From IMG/VR virus record IMGVR_UViG_3300029305_002995, positions 32,001-96,000 of that record: DNA of 64,000 bases; one strand, 5' to 3'. The notes under the pieces are model-generated. The model was given only the letters and a program-made list of their open reading frames with translations. It was not told the DNA's origin and searched no databases. Source of the stretch: a virus. Its lineage: Duplodnaviria; Caudoviricetes. The position numbers and the translations under genes are program-made. Every line of letters begins with the position of its first letter. The stretch's first letter is position 1. Below are positions 59,847 through 64,000 of the stretch, piece by piece.

Positions 59847-61019
59847 ATGGCAGATAAAAAAGTAATTGAAAAATCCGATTGGATTAGTGACTTTACTTTG
59901 GTAGGTAAACCAAATATCACTGATTTTACTTTCAAGTTGAATGAACGTAGCAATGAATCTAACTATGTATATAATAGTTTGAATCTCGGTGTAAATTGTG
60001 GTGAACGTTATGGTACTGTTTATGCAGAAATGATGGGTGGCTACAGCGATAAACCAGATGCAAACAATGTAATCTATGCTCATGGTAAAAAAGATGATGG
60101 TTCTGATGATTTTAGTAAACAGATTGTAGTTAATTGGGAAGATAGATTTGACCCAGATGTATTAGATGAAATTGGCGAACTTTCCTTTATTACCGTAGGT
60201 CTTGAAAAGACTTCTAAAAGTAAGAAAACATTTTACAATAAATTCCTTAGTGCATTTGATGCTATCGAATATATTGAAAAATGTTTAACTAAAGATATGA
60301 CTATCTATGTTCGTGGTAATTTGAAATATTCTTCTTATAAAGGCAAAACCCAGATTCGTAAAAATATTACCAATATTGTTCTGAGTGAAGCAGAAGAAAA
60401 AGACTATCGTGCTACTTTCCGTCAGTCTGTTCTTTATGACAAAACTTCTGCAAGTCTGAAAAACATTGATAAAACTAAAAGCGTTATGTTTGTCGATGGC
60501 AGAGTTTTGGACTATGTAAAAGAAATGAATGGCGTTGAAGTAAAAGGACAGTTCCCATTCCCTTGTCAGTTTGAGTGGGAAATGGACTTCACCAACGAAG
60601 CACAGTGTAGAGCTGTTGTAGATAAAGTATTCAAAGTTAAAAAAGATGTAAATCAGATGACTTTTGAAGGTATCTTTGTTGAAGGTGGAGCAAGTGTAGC
60701 TATTGACTACGAAAAAGATGTTCCAGATGAAATTAAAGAACTTGTAGAAGCCAATGTTTATACCAAAGAGCAGGCTATTGAAGCTTGTACTGCAAAAGGC
60801 AATCGTGAACAGCGTATGATTCTAAAACGACCATATATTAAATTGGTTGGCGAAGAGAAAATGCCTGTACTACAGCGTTTTGAAGCTAAATACAAAGAAG
60901 ATGATTTGTATTTGGATTATGTATATGCAAATGATGGTGATGATATTGAAGTAGATACTACCAATGTTGAATCTACTAATATCGATTCCGATGATATGTC
61001 TTGGATGGACAATTTGTAA
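59847..61019 (+). CDS. Putative ssDNA-binding replication protein (SPbeta yorF-like position)
   Basis: OB-like segments and acidic C-tail; first gene after a TTGACT-17-TATAAT promoter. Confidence 0.55.
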   Translation: MADKKVIEKSDWISDFTLVGKPNITDFTFKLNERSNESNYVYNSLNLGVNCGERYGTVYAEMMGGYSDKPDANNVIYAHGKKDDGSDDFSKQIVVNWEDRFDPDVLDEIGELSFITVGLEKTSKSKKTFYNKFLSAFDAIEYIEKCLTKDMTIYVRGNLKYSSYKGKTQIRKNITNIVLSEAEEKDYRATFRQSVLYDKTSASLKNIDKTKSVMFVDGRVLDYVKEMNGVEVKGQFPFPCQFEWEMDFTNEAQCRAVVDKVFKVKKDVNQMTFEGIFVEGGASVAIDYEKDVPDEIKELVEANVYTKEQAIEACTAKGNREQRMILKRPYIKLVGEEKMPVLQRFEAKYKEDDLYLDYVYANDGDDIEVDTTNVESTNIDSDDMSWMDNL

Positions 61020-61096
61020 ACGGCAAAGAAAATAAGGTTATAATTTCTAAAGGCGAGGTTGTCCCCCTCGCCTATTAACCTAAAGGAGTGTAAAAG

Positions 61097-62242
61097 ATGG
61101 CTTTTAAGTTCGGAAAGAAAAACGAAATTAAAATTGACCCTTTGAAATATAATTTAGCATTAATTGGTGAAAGTGGTATTGGTAAAACCACAATTATCAA
61201 AGAATATGTAGAAAAATTAGCTGGTGAAGATGGTTATATGTTCCTTGAAATGGGCAAAGAAGATGGTGCAGATGCTATCCAAGGTATTAATGCTTTGAAT
61301 TGTCCAGAATGGGACGCTGATTATGACGAAACAACTAATAGCATTGGTTTTAATACATTTGTTGAAGATGTAATGGACAATCGTTCTACTGACTGGAAAG
61401 ACCTTAAAGTAGTAGTTGTAGATACTATGGATGAACTGTTTGCTATTGCAGAGCCAGAAGTAGTATCTATGCATAATAGAGAAAATCCAAATAAACGTGT
61501 TAAAAGTATTAAAGCTGCTTTTGGTGGATTCCAAGGCGGTGAAGAAAAAGCAGTTGAAATTGTATTGGATAGATTGTGGTCTTTGAAAAAAGTTGGTGTT
61601 TCTTTTATTGTCATCGGACACACTAAAACCAGAAACGTTGTTGACCCTGTAACTGGTGAAGATTACTTGCAGTTAACCACCAATATGCCACAGAGATACT
61701 TTAATGCAATTAAAACCAAAGTTCATTTCCTTGGTGTAGCTGCTATCGATAGAGAAATTGTATCTGTAAAAACTGGCAAGAAGAATGTTGTTACTGGCGA
61801 AGCGGTTAAAAAAGGTGTTGTCAAGGGCGAAACTCGCAAGATTACCTTTAGAGACGATAACTTTGTTATCGATAGTAAATCTCGATTCTCTGATATTGTA
61901 GAAAGTATCCCTATGGATTGCGATTTACTTATTAAAGCTATTACTGATGCTATTGCTAATGAACAGAAGAAGTCTGGTATGAGTATGGCTGATATGCAGG
62001 AAAAACAGAAAAAAGAAGAAGAAAATAGATTAGCTCAGATTGCTAAAAAAGAAGAAGAACGTAAAAAAGCAGAAGAACTTAATGAAGTGGTAAGTAAAAT
62101 CGTAACTTTCTTTACTGAAAATAAGTCCAATCTCGAAGTAATTAGACCAATTCTTGCTAAATGTAAGGAGCTTGGTTATGCTAATCCAAAAGAAATTGAC
62201 AACATCGAAGATGCACAGGTTGTATTTGAAATGTGTAAATAG
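61097..62242 (+). CDS. AAA ATPase (Sak4/YorG-like)
   Basis: GESGIGKT, VVVDT, IGH. Confidence 0.8.
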   Translation: MAFKFGKKNEIKIDPLKYNLALIGESGIGKTTIIKEYVEKLAGEDGYMFLEMGKEDGADAIQGINALNCPEWDADYDETTNSIGFNTFVEDVMDNRSTDWKDLKVVVVDTMDELFAIAEPEVVSMHNRENPNKRVKSIKAAFGGFQGGEEKAVEIVLDRLWSLKKVGVSFIVIGHTKTRNVVDPVTGEDYLQLTTNMPQRYFNAIKTKVHFLGVAAIDREIVSVKTGKKNVVTGEAVKKGVVKGETRKITFRDDNFVIDSKSRFSDIVESIPMDCDLLIKAITDAIANEQKKSGMSMADMQEKQKKEEENRLAQIAKKEEERKKAEELNEVVSKIVTFFTENKSNLEVIRPILAKCKELGYANPKEIDNIEDAQVVFEMCK

Positions 62243-62319
62243 TTTTAGGTTAATGTTTTGCTATCTGCTTGTAATCTATACACGTTACAAGCAGATAGCA
62301 ACAAAAAGAGGTAGATAAC

Positions 62320-62907
62320 ATGGCAAGACAATTAAAACAGTATTCGTTGTTTGGTGATGCTATCGAACAGGATGAAAATAAGAAAACCAAAAAAAAACCT
62401 GTTAAAATGACAGAAGAAGAAAAGAAAGAGTTTGATGAATTGTATCAATATGTTCGCATTGAATTGTTAGGATATAAAGATAATAATAAACTAATGAAAC
62501 AATCTATTCTTCGACTTAAAGGATTGAAAAATGGACAGTATATGGTAAATCGTTCTAATTCCATTGAGTTTCCATGCGATTATTCTTATAAATCTTGGTT
62601 AGTAACCTTTAAGGCTGTATCACAAAAAATCAAATATGGATTGCAACATAATACCTTTACTGATGAACTGCATCAAATCAATTATATGATAAAAATTGCA
62701 GAATCTAAAATTAATGAAATTTGTTTGGCTATGCAACGTGCAGAAAAACAAAAACAATTGAATGAAGAAATGGCTAAAACTCTTGACAGTATGGAAGAAA
62801 TTCAGAAAAGACAAGAATTTCGTCAAACTATTACAGACAATAGACGTAAGCAAAATGAAGAACGTAAACCAGACTTTGTTCAAAAGAAATACAAACATTT
62901 GTGGTAG
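62320..62907 (+). CDS. Hypothetical replication-module protein
   Basis: Lies between the ATPase and helicase genes. Confidence 0.6.
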   Translation: MARQLKQYSLFGDAIEQDENKKTKKKPVKMTEEEKKEFDELYQYVRIELLGYKDNNKLMKQSILRLKGLKNGQYMVNRSNSIEFPCDYSYKSWLVTFKAVSQKIKYGLQHNTFTDELHQINYMIKIAESKINEICLAMQRAEKQKQLNEEMAKTLDSMEEIQKRQEFRQTITDNRRKQNEERKPDFVQKKYKHLW

Positions 62908-62916
62908 GTGTTTGAA

Positions 62917-64000
62917 ATGGCTGAAAAAAATGTAAAGCAACCTTTACAAAATGCTAATCAGTCTACTACTACTGAATATTCAGAGAATACAATTAAGACT
63001 CTGAAACAAATCCTTGACTATAAAAAAGCAGCAGAAGCAAACATTGTTGCTATTATATATAAAAAGCCAGATGTTTTATATAATATCAATTTAGTAGTTC
63101 AAGACTTCCATCATAATGAATGGCGTACATTTTTTCAAATTGCCTATGGTGTTATTATTATCGAAGGAAAGGCTTCTTTAGATGATATTACGATTGGTTT
63201 CTATCTTGAAAAACATCCAGAATTGAAAATCAATTATGAAAAATACGGTAGTTATGAAACAATAGATAAAGCCACTACTTATATTAGAGAAGAAAATCTT
63301 GATGGCTATGTTATTGAATTAAAAAAATGGAAAGTTATTATTGAACTTTGCAAATCTGGTTTCCCTGTTGATAAACGATTAAAAGATTATATAGATATGT
63401 CCGAAGAAGAAGTTTATAAAGAGTATGAGTTGCTAATTAATCATATCTTTGCTAATTCTTCACAGGATATTAAAAGTTATAATGCTTTTGATGGAATGAG
63501 TGATTTTGTTGAAGAACTAAATACAGGCTCTCAAACAGGAATAGACTTGTACAATGCTGAATTATTAACAGATGAAATCGGTGGCTTTAATCTAAATGGA
63601 CATATTTATGGGTTAGGTGCAGGCTCTGGTGTAGGTAAATCTACAATGGCGTTTAACTATCTTGTTCCTTCTGCAATGGAAAATAAAGAACCAATTGTTT
63701 TTATTATTAATGAAGAAGATGAACGTAAAATTAAAAAAGAGCTATTAATATGGGTGGCTAATAATATTTTTAAATTTAATCTTCAAAAGAAAACGTTGCG
63801 TGATGGTCATTTTACACCAGAAGTTTTAAAACAATTACATGAGTGTGCCAAATGGATTGAAGATAAAAAAGAAGAACAGTTTTTAACTATTATTCCATTA
63901 GAGCGTTATTCGGTTAATCTTGCTGTAAAAATTATAAAAAAATATGCTACGCTTGGTGTTCGTATTTTTGTTTTAGATACGTTAAAAGAAAGTTTCGATG
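62917..64000 (+). CDS. DnaB-like replicative helicase (runs off the window)
   Basis: Open frame from ATG 62917 with GAGSGVGKST, INEE and VLDTLK. Confidence 0.8.
   Translation, partial: MAEKNVKQPLQNANQSTTTEYSENTIKTLKQILDYKKAAEANIVAIIYKKPDVLYNINLVVQDFHHNEWRTFFQIAYGVIIIEGKASLDDITIGFYLEKHPELKINYEKYGSYETIDKATTYIREENLDGYVIELKKWKVIIELCKSGFPVDKRLKDYIDMSEEEVYKEYELLINHIFANSSQDIKSYNAFDGMSDFVEELNTGSQTGIDLYNAELLTDEIGGFNLNGHIYGLGAGSGVGKSTMAFNYLVPSAMENKEPIVFIINEEDERKIKKELLIWVANNIFKFNLQKKTLRDGHFTPEVLKQLHECAKWIEDKKEEQFLTIIPLERYSVNLAVKIIKKYATLGVRIFVLDTLKESFD

Overview
This 64 kb AT-rich window comes from a large, probably temperate, SPbeta-like (YonO-type RNA polymerase) phage of a Clostridia-like Bacillota host. 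The assignment is inferred from gene content and order; no database search was run. (1) 1-19.7 kb, minus strand: late/structural module (tail and neck genes, major capsid, decoration protein, protease/scaffold, portal, terminase, metallophosphoesterase, 4 tRNAs plus 1 tRNA-like element, HU). It also holds a YonO-like single-subunit RNA polymerase split by two group I introns; one intron sits inside the catalytic DxDGD motif and carries an HNH endonuclease. A third, near-identical intron starts at the left edge in a probable tail gene. (2) 19.7-21.8 kb: non-coding region with a sharp G-rich to C-rich switch and an SOS box. (3) 21.8-35 kb, plus strand: array of about a dozen promoter / A-C-rich leader / gene / GAGTC-hairpin cassettes (amidoligase, ArdC, GGCT, many small genes), bracketed by a ~133-bp inverted repeat. 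(4) 35.5-41.6 kb: regulatory module (RHH protein, ART-like protein, tyrosine recombinase, DUF262 protein, MrpR/YopR-like repressor, SOS-box gene with an antisense RNA). (5) 41.7-46 kb: tRNA/ncRNA operon and a sortase-type surface protein. (6) 46-64 kb: auxiliary and replication genes (sigma-like, IscS, Pnkp-RNA ligase, FolD, AAA ATPase, DnaB-like helicase). The most striking unexplained signal is a family of non-coding RNAs, most closed by a long stem, whose U-rich single-stranded parts are antisense to the shared leaders and Shine-Dalgarno sites of the phage's own early cassette genes. One is a stand-alone ORF-less cassette at 27.8 kb; several others sit between tRNAs. This suggests a tRNA-processed, multi-target antisense silencing system.
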